The notes beneath the pieces are model-generated. The model worked only from the letters and a program-made list of their open reading frames with translations, had not been told where the DNA came from and did not search any database. Shown one piece after another: positions 12,746 to 25,070 of a stretch of DNA of 64,000 nucleotides (position 1 is the first letter of the stretch; each line of letters opens with the position of its first letter). The position numbers and the translations under genes are program-made. The stretch covers positions 4,193,502-4,257,501 of the forward strand of contig MU058059.1 of NCBI GenBank assembly GCA_013265495.1, written 5' to 3'. This DNA comes from Vicugna vicugna. Taxonomy: Eukaryota.

Positions 12746-12778
12746 GGTCACAAGTGCCACTGAGAAGCAGAGAGATCA
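12746..12778. repeat. 33-bp exact direct repeat, copy 1
   Basis: ggtcacaagtgccactgagaagcagagagatca also occurs at 14381-14413. Confidence 0.92.
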
Positions 12779-14380
12779 GAGCTTGAACGGTACTTCAGAG
12801 TTGCCTAGGACTGATGCAAGGGGGCTGAGCCTCTGTACCTGTCCCGCTCCATCACCGACCAGAAATCAGATGTGTGATGTCCCCAGAGATGGGTGTTACT
12901 TCAGCGAAACAGCTTCCTCCAGTTGAAGAGTTACTGGGGAGGAACTCAGCTGTGGAATATCTTTGGGGCAGGGGGGTAAGCTCCACGGTCATGGGGGGAG
13001 ACGGGGAGGCACCCCAGGGCCCCTGGGCCGTCTGGTTCTAGACACTGACTGTCCTCTGATAGAGCAGAAGCATCCCGAAGGCAGGGGCTGCGCCCAGCAC
13101 AGGGAACACTTAGCAGGAACCTCATGGCTGACTGTCTCGGGGCAAGAAGCAGGGCTGAGGCCACGAGGTGGGGCAGGGGGTATCAGACTCCAGGAAACCC
13201 CAGGGGCTTGGGCTTCCTGGTGGTACAGTCGTTCCTACTGGTGGTACCTTCTTTGCTCCAGACACACAGAAATCATAGGGAGACTGAGAAGATCACCAGA
13301 AAGACAGAGCCAGTCACCAGCAAAAGACACCCATCTCTGAGGGTCAGACACGGGAGAGTCGTGTAAGGCTGTGTGGGGCTGGCCTTGACATGGACACTGG
13401 AAACCAAAGCTGGCATCCTGGCGGGCATCTGATCACATGCTGGGGGTCAACAGGGAGGCCACTGCTGAGAACACTGATTAAAACAAGGCTTTGGGTTACA
13501 GATCCCAGTTTTCAAAAGGAGGCTGGAAAAGATGTACTTTTTACGAGGAGCTGTGTGCTCAGGGAGGAGGCAGATGGCAGGTCTGACCACAGCCCAGCAT
13601 CACGGAACGACAAACCTTAACTCCCCAAGACATCCCACAGGTCCAAGTGGGAAAACGACAAAGGCATTAGAAGGGGAGGAGCACGGAGGTGTGGAGGAAA
13701 CCAGGAGAACAAGAGGGAGGGGGGGTCTAAGACGAAGAGGGACCCCCCCCCACCCTGTGTTAAATACACGGAAGCAAAACATGATTCAAAATCACGAGAA
13801 GAAACAGAAGGCAGAAAGGACGACTGGGACAGGAATCCACCGCAGGGAGAAAGAAAAATCATGAAGCATACTGAAAACTACTTTAAACTAAGTCGTCTGG
13901 GATCCTCAAAGTGATGTATGTTAAGTCCTGAAACATGGACAAGAAATTATTTTTTACAAACAGGAAAGAAGTAAAGCAGATGACACTGAAAAAAAAAAAG
14001 CAACTGTGTGTCTTGGAAATTTAAAACCTAGTCATTTAACCAGTTAACTACATCATCACAGGAGCTAAACCCTAGACTGGAGAGAGGCAGAGAGAAACTT
14101 AGTGAAGAGGATGGCAGTACGGAGGAGTTCACCCAGAGCTTAACACAAAGTAACAAAGAAGAAATATAACAGCAGTCAGGAGATGCCGGGGCCGGGGGGA
14201 AAAACAGAGGATTCTCCTAGGTCACTATGAATTCCAGCAGAGCAGCGTAAACAGGGAAAGAAATATTTTGGTGAATTGTCTTCTATTCACTTATCTTTAA
14301 TTTATTCATAAACAAACAACTGGTTCACAATTACTAGGGGAGAGTTTCTGGCACAGAACAAGAACACATCACACTCTTGA

Positions 14381-14413
14381 GGTCACAAGTGCCACTGAGA
14401 AGCAGAGAGATCA
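14381..14413. repeat. 33-bp exact direct repeat, copy 2
   Basis: Identical to 12746-12778 (offset 1635). Confidence 0.92.
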
Positions 14414-17400
14414 CCAGGTGCATCACAAAGACACCAAAACTTGGAGAGAAACCAGAAGTAACCATTGTGTTTACATTAACTAGAAATCTGTGTAAAAATA
14501 CTCTGGCAGGTGAGGGTGTGTTGGAGGAGCCAAATAATTTCGATTTTTTTCCAATCATTTAAATAAGCTCACAGCCCATCCAAAAATGGTGGGCAGAGGC
14601 AGACGTGGCCCCTGGGCTGCGGTCCGTGGACCCTGCCATAACTTAGGCAAAACAGTTACACAGCAGAGAAACACAAAGGACCGAGCTTGGACACTGGAGA
14701 AGTTTCGGAGCACGACGTCTGAGGGTCAGTCCCATTTATGGGGAATCAACAAAGCAGGGGTGGACTTGCTGTGATAGGGTCGTAAACACCGGTGCTCACT
14801 GTTGGCCTTCACGCGGCCTGTTCCCTGGAGAAGACACACCACACTCTCTCACTTTCTCTAATTTCACCATTTCCAAATGGAAAGGAGGCCCCAAATCACA
14901 ACTCCAGCCATAAACATGTGCTGAATTCTTAATCTCATGTAGTCATTGTTTCACTGCAATGTTTTATGAGTGGAAAAAAAACAAGCTATTTGGGTAGAAA
15001 TATATTAACACACACAGACCCTTGTTTGAGCGTCCTGAAGATGCCCCTCAAGTCTGGAAGCTCAACTATGGGAAAAAAGGCCAAATTGGAAAACTCAAGT
15101 TCAAGTACAAAAAAAAAAAAAGGCCTTCCTTGCACAGTCTCATGGTGGGGGCAACTTGGGCAGAGAGGGGGGCCAATACAAACATCCAACGTGGATAAAA
15201 GGATTTTCTCTAGGAGGACTCACTGAGGAGCCAGTCCCACCAGACAGACGAAGGCACGTCCAAGTGTGCAGAGCCCCGAGGCCCCTCACTGACCGGCCAG
15301 TGCCTTTGCACGTGGTCAAGGGTGGGCTTCCGCCAACAGATTCAAAGGCAGGAGTCAGGAGTCCCCCCGGTGACGAGCCTTGTCCTCCCTGGAGGGCAGG
15401 ACGGCCCCTGGAGGCTGATGGCACAGTGAGCGCCCAGAATGTGTACGGTACTTACTGGAATTCTGGGAGAACTTCCCCTGTAAAAGGGAAACCTCCGAAC
15501 TGGGGCTTTGGGCCAATTCAGTAAACAAGCTACAGGACTAAGGGAAAAGGATTAACTTCTCTATTTTTTGTTGCTTTCTTTTTTAAGCCATGTTATGATT
15601 TCTGCACCTTTGACCCTAAAAAAGGATGGTTTCCGTGTTTTTCTGAGAAGAGCGGGTCAGAGTCTGCTCTAGAATCCTTCTGCAGGAAAGCCCTGCCCAG
15701 GCCTCCGAGCTCCCGGGGGTCCACGTGTGTTCTCTGTCACCCTGTCTCCCCCACCGACCCGTGAGAGGCTTCCAACACAGACCACTCAGTCCTGTATTTT
15801 CAGCTCCCAGACAGGATGGTGGGGGAGAGGCACCGCACCAGACACAAGAAAGAGAAACAGGAAAGACCTCTGCCCTGGAAGTAACTGTCATAAGTGTCTT
15901 TGGCAGCCTTGAGCTGATAAGCCCCTTCCAAGTTTTGTCCAGGATTTATGGCTACTGGACTTGACTCTGCCCTGCCGCAGAGTGTTTTAGAGACTATTTG
16001 GTGTCATAAGACCAACACGCATGAGTGCTCACGGCACAGCCAACTGGGGATCTGGATGGGATGGAGCCTGAGCTTGGCCACACTTCAATGATGGAGACGG
16101 ATTTGGACAAGCTAAAGCCGGCGCCGGAATTCGTGGGGGTGGGGCTGGAATCAGAACAGATCTTGGAATGCGAGAAGGACTTGGAGACATGAAAGGGAAC
16201 AGTATTTGTGATGAGGAAACAGAAGGAGCAGCCTGTGAACCTGAGCTCCAAGGCCTCATCTCAGTGGGAGCAGGAATCCACCGGCCGTCCAGACCCCCAG
16301 GGCCACTGGGCAATCACTGTCCTGCCAAGAGGTTCAGCAACGAGGCTCACGAGGTTAAAAAAAATAAATAAAGGAATCAGGTTGACAGTGAAATGGGAAA
16401 TATCATTTAAAATGTAATTTTCAAGATAACACAGACTTTGCATGAGAGCTAGATCCACGAGTCACCTGGAATCACCACCAAGGTCACATTTATTTGTATG
16501 GTCTTCACAGAGCAGTGTTGGTATCTTAAAAAAAAAAAAAAGATAGAGAGCTGGAGAAATTTTAATTTAAACATCTGTCTTAGGTAAATTGCTTGATGGA
16601 CAAATGGGAGTTTGGGGGGGGTGGCTTAAGTTCCATTTGGGGTATTCTTTCACAATCATGCCATGCAAATGTAAAAATAATTAACTTTAACTGAAAATAG
16701 CCACTCACTGTGACCCCAGGATGGGTAGGATCTTGAGACACCATTGAGCATTTCAGTTCAATACTGAAATTTCAGTTTATGACTTGGTACGCGGTTTTTC
16801 CATTTGAGAGGGTTTTTTTTTTCTTTTTTAAACCAGAACAGACTTTAAAATAATTGTTAAGTAGACCGAAAGAGTTTCACTAAAGTAAGGTCTTCTTTGA
16901 TCAATTCTTCAAAATCTGTGTCTGAGAAGGATGCCACAGAAGTGGGGCCGGCTGTTCACAGTTCGTTCAGGGTGACTGCTGGGTCCTCTGGTCACTCAAG
17001 TGCTGTTGCAGAAAGACACGCAGTAGGTTCTTTTAGAGTCATGCTCAGGTTTATGGGTGGTGCACCAGAACCCTAAGTTCCAGAAACTCCAGGTGGTACC
17101 CTGCTTCCAGAAACAAATGCCAGCCAAGAAACTAGGCTTTGCTGCACATGGGCATCTCCCGGAGGGAAAGGGCATCACACATGCGCCATGGCCGACCCCT
17201 ACTGCCCTTGAAGTTTATCCAAAGTGGACCACAGGGCCGTGGTTTCAGCGATGGGTGTTTTCTCGGATGAGGCCTCACGTCTTCTGGAGGGAAGGGGAGC
17301 TGACACCCTCACCCGTCCAGACCTGCATGTGTCCACCCCGCGTCAGCCACGGGGCTGAGCAAATCTGGATTTGGGTCTTTCTTGTGCTCAGACCTTCATC

Positions 17401-18043
17401 AGAAAGCCCTCTGGCCCCTTCCTGCAGCAAGTCCTCACCCAGGGCCCCAGAGCCTAGGACCATGTCGGGTGTCACGGGAGACAGAGCTGAAGGGACTTAA
17501 GCCCTGGTGGTGTAGACACTTCACCGCGCATCTGAAACACCATCAGTTACCTAAATAATAAGGGGGGGGGATCATGTCAACGGTGACATTTTCCTGACTT
17601 ACAGTAGCCTGAGGTCACCGTCACATTTTCACAATCACAGTTTAAACGTAATCCAGGCTTTCTTCCCATTAGACTTGAAAATCCAGCTGGCTTTGGCTGT
17701 ATGGCACCACCGCTTGGCAGTTTCCCTGCCAACCCAATCAAGTCATGTCCAAAAGGGACCTCTGGCTTTTCCTCCGGCGACGCTGCTGGCCCCGCAGCCC
17801 CAGGAGACGTGCTCCAACATCAGCCCGTCGCGAACACTTGAAGCCAAGGCCTTTCCCTCACTCCCCTCCCTCCCTGCCACGTTTCATGTCAAATCCATCT
17901 GCCGGAACTCCTGATTTTCCCTCCAAAATAAAGTTTGGAACGCGCGCCCTTGATCTCTGCGGCCACTGCGCGGCCCCGCCCTTGTTCCGTCCCATCTGCA
18001 ACCGTCTTCTCCTCCCCGGCCTCTCGGGGAGTTTCACACAGCA

Positions 18044-18677
18044 GAGGACCGCGCTCCGACTGGCTCTCCCCTGAGCACCGCGCTCTGATTGGCTCTCCCC
18101 CGAGGACGGCGCTCTGACTGGCTCTCCACTGAGGACCGCGCTCCGACTGGCTCTCCCCGCCAAGGACGGCGCTCTGATTGGCTCTCCCCCGAGGACGGCG
18201 CTCTGACTGGCTCTCCCCTGAGGGCCGTGCTCCGACTGGCTCTCCCCCCCGAGGACCGCGCTCTGACTGGCTCTTCCCTGAGGACCCGCTCTGACTGGCT
18301 CTCACCCAAGGACTGCGCTCCGACTGGTTCTCCCCCGAGGGCCGCGCTCCGACTGGCTCTCCCCTGAGGACCGCGCTCCGACTGGCTCTCCCCTGAGCAC
18401 CGCGCTCTGATTGGCTCTCCCCCGAGGACGGCGCTCTGACTGGCTCTCCGCTGAGGACCGCGCTCCGACTGGCTCTCCCCCCCAAGGACGGCGCTCTGAT
18501 TGGCTCTCCCCCGAGGACGGCGCTCTGATTGGCTCTCCCCCGAGGACCGCGCTCCGACTGGCTCTTCCCCGAGGACGGCGCTCTGATTGGCGCTCTGATT
18601 GGCTCTCCCCCGAGGACCGCGCTCTGACTGGCTCTCCCCCGAGGACCGAGCTCTGACTGGCGCTCTGATTGGCTCTC
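18044..18677. repeat. GC/CpG-rich minisatellite (VNTR), about 21 units of about 29 bp
   Basis: Consensus gaggacSgcgctcYgaYtggctctccccY. Units are about 28-31 bp, and two carry an extra 12-bp cgctctgattgg. Confidence 0.97.
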
Positions 18678-19054
18678 TGCTGTGCCGAGAATCAGACCCA
18701 AACCCTGTCTCCGCCCACTGCTTACCGCCCCTCCCTCTCCTGTCCCGTGCTCCCCGGACTCCTACCCCTTTCATTCTCTACAGCACACAGGCGACCCTCT
18801 GAGGCCCCAGAACCCTCTCCTGCCTCTGCCCGCCGGCCCCTGATGAAGGCAGGCCCTCCATCCCGGTTACCTCCGCCCCAGCCTCTTCCCCCTTCTCTTC
18901 ACCGGGCACAACCCGACCTGCAAGTGGATCACGGTCACCTTCCTCGCTTACTGTCCGGGCGACCTCCCTCCCTAGGCTGCGAGCTCTACGGACTGACCTG
19001 AACCTTAACCCAGCTTCCAAGTATTTTTATCTCTTTGAAGTATTTGACGAGTTT

Positions 19055-19410
19055 TAATACCACATGATATCACTCATATGTGGAATCTAAAAAAAGAAGA
19101 CGAACTTGTATGTAAAACGGAAACATACTCACAGACATAGAATACAGACTTGCGGTTACAGGGGACAACGAGGTGGGAAGGGATAAGCTGGGAGTTCGAG
19201 ATTTGCAGACACTGACTGGTATACAGAAAACAGACAAACAAGTTTCTGCTGTAGAGCACAGGGAACTATGTTTGATGTCTTGTAGTAACTTACGGTGAAA
19301 AAATATGAGAAGGAACACATGTATATTCATCTATGACTGAAGCATTGTTCTGCACACCAGAAATTGACACAACATTGTAAACTGACTATACCTCAATAAA
19401 AAAAATAAGC
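19055..19410 (+). mobile_element. 5'-truncated L1 3' end
   Basis: ataccacatgatatcactcatatgtggaatctaaaa..gggaagggataa..caataaaaaaaa; approximate TSD tatttgac. Confidence 0.9.
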
Positions 19411-20897
19411 AAAATGAATATTTGACTTTAAACAAGAAGGCAATGTTCTGCATACACATCTTTTAATTTTACTGCTTCTCAAATTACACTACTTCTGAAG
19501 ACAGTTAAACAACAAATTACCACCCAAATGTCAGCCAAGAAACTGACCTCTTGCAGAGTTGTTAATGTAAATAAATTCAATGAAGGTGTCAGGTGTCTGA
19601 AGAGATACAGACTGCCCAGGGCCGGACACGCTGGTTTGAGGGCACGAGAACTACCAGGCAATTCACTCCTCAATGATGAGACATTTTACAATCTCGAAAA
19701 TTCCACAGTAAGGGGAAAAGTGTATCCAGGAGTCAAGAAAATACAGTGTTGCTTTTTATTATTTTCTCTACAAGCTTCTTTAGTTTGGGGACCACCTTTC
19801 ATATATTATCTGGAAGGGTCCCCGAGGACCCCCCAGTCCCACCCCGCTTCAGTGACGGGAAAGCAGGGCTCAAATCAGGGGCTTGCTTGAGATCAGACAG
19901 CCTTGCGATGGCCATGGGGGGCCTGATACCAGGACAAAGCTCTAGCATTTATTCACCTGGTAGCTCTGTGGAGCTTTACTTCTGCCCTGGCTTCTGAAGC
20001 CCAAATGTAGTGTCACCTTGGCTCTCACCCCAGCCAAGAGCTGCAACCCTGGTCTCCTCTGGGTCCAAGAGAGGCCCAGGGTCCCCAGGCGGAGCTGGGC
20101 TGCCCCCTTGCAGATTCTTGGCAAGACCGAGCCCAGGGCTGCACATGTGGAAGGTGACTCACCGACTGGGACGGGAAAGGATTCCATAAAGACCAGCATC
20201 TAGAAAAAGGCATTTCACTAAATAATCACATTTTTATTAACTTGGGTTTAGTTCCCGTCACTCTGCAAAACGCATTTATACTCAGCGGGATCGGAGAAGC
20301 AATCTCAAACAGACCCCTGCACTGCAAAGGAATCTTGCATTTGTAATGTTTTTAACTGGCCCATCAGGCTCTGGGGCAAACTCACTCTTTGTCTCCAAAA
20401 AGCATTAATCTCCTACCTCACGACTTTTAAAGCTATACTCCCCTCTTAATTCTTCGATTTTCCAGCAGAAGTGAACAACCAGTGAGCGCAGCTAGAACGT
20501 TTCAGTTGCCCCGTCATCTCTGAAAACGTAGCCGGATTCACAGCTCTGGAATTACACTATTTTGACCTTTTCAGCATCTTGACAGAGGTGATATTCAAAC
20601 TGTACTATTTTTATAGTTTTCCCCAGAAGTAATATTTGAGTTATTTAACCAGCAGTCTGACCTCCACAGCGGCCGCTTGGAACCAGTGCTGGCTGTGTCA
20701 CTGGGGTGGCTCTGGGGGTCATCAGAAGGGCCAGATGTCACCTACCAGTCACTGTACCAGAAGGTGACCTGGTCCTGGAGGAGGAGTCAGGGCTGGGACT
20801 TCGGGGCAGTGGGGCATTGGGGGGGGGCAGTTCAGGGTAGTGCCTATTTATTAACCTATTGGGTATATTTTAATGTAGATTATATTAACTATTATAT

Positions 20898-21345
20898 TAA
20901 AATCATGCCATTTGCAGCAACATGGATGGACCTGGAGAATGTCATTCTAAGTGAAGTGAGCCAGAAAGAGAAAGAAAAGTACCCTATGAGATCGCTCATA
21001 TGTGGAATCTAAAAAAAGAAAAAAGAAAAAAAAGGACACTATGAACTCATCTACAAAACAGAAACAGACTTGCAGGCATAGTAAGCAATATTATAGTTAC
21101 TGGAGAAAGGGGATGGGAAGGGATAAATTTGGGAGTTAGAGATGTACAAATGTTGGCCACTAGATATAAATATAGATATTTTTAAAAGTTTCTTCTGTAC
21201 AGCACAGGGAACTATGTTCAATATCTTGTAATAAGCTTTAATGAAAAAGAATATGAAAACAAATATATGTATGTACATGCATGACTGGGACGTTGTGCTG
21301 TACACCAGAAACTGACACACTGTAACTGACTGTACTTCATTTTTA
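20898..21345 (+). mobile_element. 5'-truncated L1 3' end (ORF2 C-terminus plus UTR)
   Basis: ORF 20677-21012 ends IMPFAATWMDLENVILSEVSQKEKEKYPMRSLICGI*, the L1 ORF2 C-terminus, followed by the 3' UTR. Confidence 0.92.
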
Positions 21346-23403
21346 AAGAATCATATTAATTATATTAACAAGGGAGCTGAACGTCAGCCCAATTTATCTT
21401 CACCATCACATCTCTAAGATGCGGGAGAAGCATTCTTTCTCAATCTCTCAGTCCGTCTCCCTCCCTGTCTCTGTCTTCCGCCCTCTGATACACACAGGTG
21501 TTGACCCCTGACTCGAGCAATGATACAGTAATGACCATAGGAATGAACACTTCCGGGGACCTGGCACGTCCCTGTCACACCTGACATTAATTATTGTATT
21601 GAGTTTCAACAACAAACCAATGAAGTGAGACGTTTCTGTGAACAGGAGAAACTTAAACCCAAAAGAACAAAGCAACAGAGAGCCTTAGTCCCAACAGAAA
21701 TTTTCAGGTGTCCAGGACGGTCTAACGGACAGAGGACTGCATCCAAAATAAAGGCAGCCCAGGGTCTCTTAACTAGATCACAGAGATTTCTGCAGAGGAG
21801 TAAATGCCATTTATACTGCCGCTGGCCGTTCACTTCCATGTCTGCAGACAGAGGTAGCAGTGTCGCGTCACATCCTCACCTCACCTGAGAATAGCACTTG
21901 CTGGGTTTCAGCCCTGGCTGCCCAGTGTAGGGAGCTATTCTTGGACCACCCAGAGCCAATGTGAGCACTGTAGCCACTCCGGCCACTCTAAGAGTACCAG
22001 AGCTAAGCACACAGACGCTGCTGGAAGGACTCTGAAATATAATGACGGGTGTGTGTCCTTCAAAAAGGCGGTATGATCTCAGCCTGAAGGCAAGTGTCTC
22101 CTGATTTTAAAACTTCACCACACCCAGAAGCAGAAACACATCCGTGCACACGTGCGTGCGTGTGCGACTGTGTACACGCAGGAGACCTCAAGTTAGCAGA
22201 TAAACGATGTTCTTCCAAACCACTCACCCCAGATGCCCCTGGACTGAGATTCACACACAAGGACTCTTTGGACTCTGTCCATCAGTGCAGCCACTCTGAG
22301 CACACAGCAGCCTGAGAAGGACCAGGCTGGTGACTCAGAGGAGAGAGGACGATGCTGCCCAGCCCCCGGGGCCAGGAGCGCCCCGCTCTCCCCTCCCCGC
22401 AGGTCAAGCCCACGGGGCCGGGGCACCAGGGACCAGTGCGCCGGCTGCTCTCTGTCCACCTGGTCAGACGCGGACAGGTGGGGAGATTATCGTCGCTGAC
22501 GTCCTCTGTGCACCCCCTGAGCTCAAGCCGTCATGCCACGGGGCGCTCTCTACAGCCCAGAGGTGGGCACTGTTCTTACCTTCATTTTACAAACGAGAGA
22601 ACCAAGGAGCCGAGGTGCTGAGCGACTCACCAGAGCCCTGAGCCAGTTAGCGGAGGGGCGGGAGGGGACACGAAGTCCATGTAATCCCCGAGTATGGACC
22701 CCAGGCCACAGTGATTTTAGATTTTCGGGTGGACTCTGGCTAGCAGAGGGGGACCCCACTCCCTCCTGCCAACCTGAGGCAGACGTGGCCTGGTCCGTGC
22801 ACGCGCCCTGTCTGTCACTGTTTGTATTTAAGCGTGAGTAACGTCAGAGTTAGCAGAATGTTGACTTAGGGAAACGCGTATTTTGCCAGGTTTTGGACGG
22901 ACAGCGCTACCTACAGGTGTGGGAGGCCCACATCCACGACAAACGTCTGACACCTGAAGCCATCTTGATGCCTGATGTCAAAGTAACTGGAAAAGCCAGT
23001 CTCACAACAGAAACAGGCTAACGAGCGTCAGACGCCCGCGGTACAGACCAGACAGGAAGCGCTTTCTGCGTGTGAACCCACCGCACAAGACCAGAAGCCC
23101 TGCTCTCACGACGGTCCTTCCCGGGGGATGTCCAAGTTTGGTCCAAAGCTGGGATGCTCCACATATTTAGGGGCATAACCTCTGACTGCAGAGAATAGGA
23201 AACACCAAGAAAGCAGCATTTTCCCAAGCACCCCCCAAAGCACCATCTGCAGATCTTCCCGGGCGGGTTGTAACTCAGCCCTGGAAAGCCTCCAGCGATA
23301 CAACATGGTGCTGAAGGGAGACAGAAGCTCAGGTTTTTAATTCTGATACTTAGTAAAAGTCCCTGGACTTCGGGTTTTCCCAGGGGCTGCCTGCCCCCAG
23401 GCC

Positions 23404-23424
23404 GTGTGTGTGTGTGTGTGTGTG
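23404..23424. repeat. (GT)n microsatellite
   Basis: About 10 perfect GT units. Confidence 0.9.
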
Positions 23425-24069
23425 AATTTCTGGGGGGACCTGGAGCTGACTCGGTCTCTTCTTTCTGCAGAAGGTCGTACTGCCATGCTCCTCTGTCCTG
23501 AAATATTTGACCCCAAAGCTTTACTTAGCTCTCTTCTGACTTAAACAGGAGCTACACTATTTTCTCTACGTAATAGGGAGAAATTTTAAATTTTTTTATT
23601 AAATTAAAAGTGCCATCTTTTCAGGATTGTCTCAGCTCAGTCCAGCGATCCTCGCACCACCACCCCTTAGTGGAGCGAAAACACACACACAGGCTTCCAT
23701 AAGCCAAAAAAATCTTCCAGGATCAAGTATCTGACATGTACCCTCATTCTGAAATTGTGCATCCCGTGTCCCCACATTGCTCATTCCTGACTGCCAAGTA
23801 GGGTCCTTTCTCACCAACACTACACACAAGTCAGAAGGCAGCTCAAGACCTCCTCCACCCCGCGGCGCAAAAGCAGCAGCAACCCGGTTCCCGAGTGCAC
23901 GGAAAGAAAGCCGGCTCCTCCGAGAGAAGAAGCCACTCTCGTGCAGAAGGCACGGATGGGGCAGAGCCGAGGGCACTGATGGCTTGGAACAGGGTGGGTG
24001 CCCAGAGAGGGGAGGTTACAGACCAGTTATCAGGACGGAGAAAGAATGTCAAAGATGTCCCATACAGAT

Positions 24070-24710
24070 TCCTTAAAAACTGAAACTATGTTCCAGCCAT
24101 CCCACTCCTGGGTGTACATCCAGAGAAAACTCTAATTCAAAAAGATACGCCCACCCCAGTGTTCACAGCAGCACTGTTTACAATAGCCAAGACATGGAAA
24201 CAGCCTAAATTTCCATTGACAGATGACTGGATAAAGAAGATGTGGTGTATTTATACAACAGAGTACTACTCAGCCATGAAAAAGAAAGAAAAAGAATCAT
24301 TGCAGCAACATGGATGGACCTGGAGATCATCATAATAAGTGAAGTAAGTCAGACAAAGAAAAATATCACATGATATCACTTAAATGTGGATCTAAACTAT
24401 AACACAAATAAACTTACTTACAAAACAGATGCAGACTCAGACAAAGAAAACAAACTTATGGCTACCAAAGGGGAAAGTGGTTGGTTGGGGGGTAAATTAG
24501 GAGTTTGGAATCAGCAGATACAAACTGCTTTATACAGAACAGAGAAACAAGAAGGCCCTGCTGCACAGCACAGGGAATGATATTCAACAGCCTGTAATAG
24601 CGCATAATAGAAAAGAACCTGAAAAACAATATACATATTCACATAGCTGAATCACTATGCTGTACAGTAGAAACACTGTAAATCAACTACACTTCAATTA
24701 AAAAAAAAAA
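24070..24710 (+). mobile_element. 5'-truncated L1 3' end
   Basis: ccagccatcccactcctgggtgtacatccagagaaaactctaattcaaaaagatac..gcagcaacatggatggacctggag..cttcaattaaaaaaaa. Confidence 0.92.
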
Positions 24711-25070
24711 GCAACATGGATGTTGCTGGAGAATGTCATTCTAAGTGAAGTAAGCCAGAAAGAGAAAGAAAAATACCATATGAGATCGCTCATATGTGGA
24801 ATCTAAAAAAAACAAACAAACAAATAAAGCATAAATACAAAACAGAAACAGACTCATAGACTGGAATTTCAAATTGTAGAATAGATAAACAAGATTACAC
24901 TGTATAGCACAGGGAAATACACACAAGATCTTGCGGTAGCTCACAGAGAAAGGAATGTGGCAATGAATATATGTATGTTCATGTATAACTGAAAAATTGT
25001 GCTCTTCACTGGAATTTGACACAACACTGTAAAATTATTATAAATCAATAAAAAATGTTAAAAAAAATTG
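24711..25070 (+). mobile_element. Younger L1 3' end directly after the poly(A) tail of the preceding L1
   Basis: Starts gcaacatggatgttgctggagaatgtcattctaagtgaagtaagcc right after the A-run; closely similar to 56741-57130. Confidence 0.92.

Noticed and set aside
12490..17200. Possible LTR/MLT or old L1 5' remnants (also near 20640-20830, 44820-44960, 52480-52720, 62230-62400, 63700-63770) and MER5-like pieces (about 25380-25490, 42130-42270, 53060-53200)
   Set aside because: Too decayed to assign a family or boundaries reliably without a repeat search.
18044..18677. CRISPR-like array
   Set aside because: Units are head-to-tail with no unique spacers, there are no cas genes, and the DNA is mammalian.
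17889..18774. 270-aa and 246-aa repetitive ORFs
   Set aside because: These are translations of the minisatellite, with no splice or homology support.
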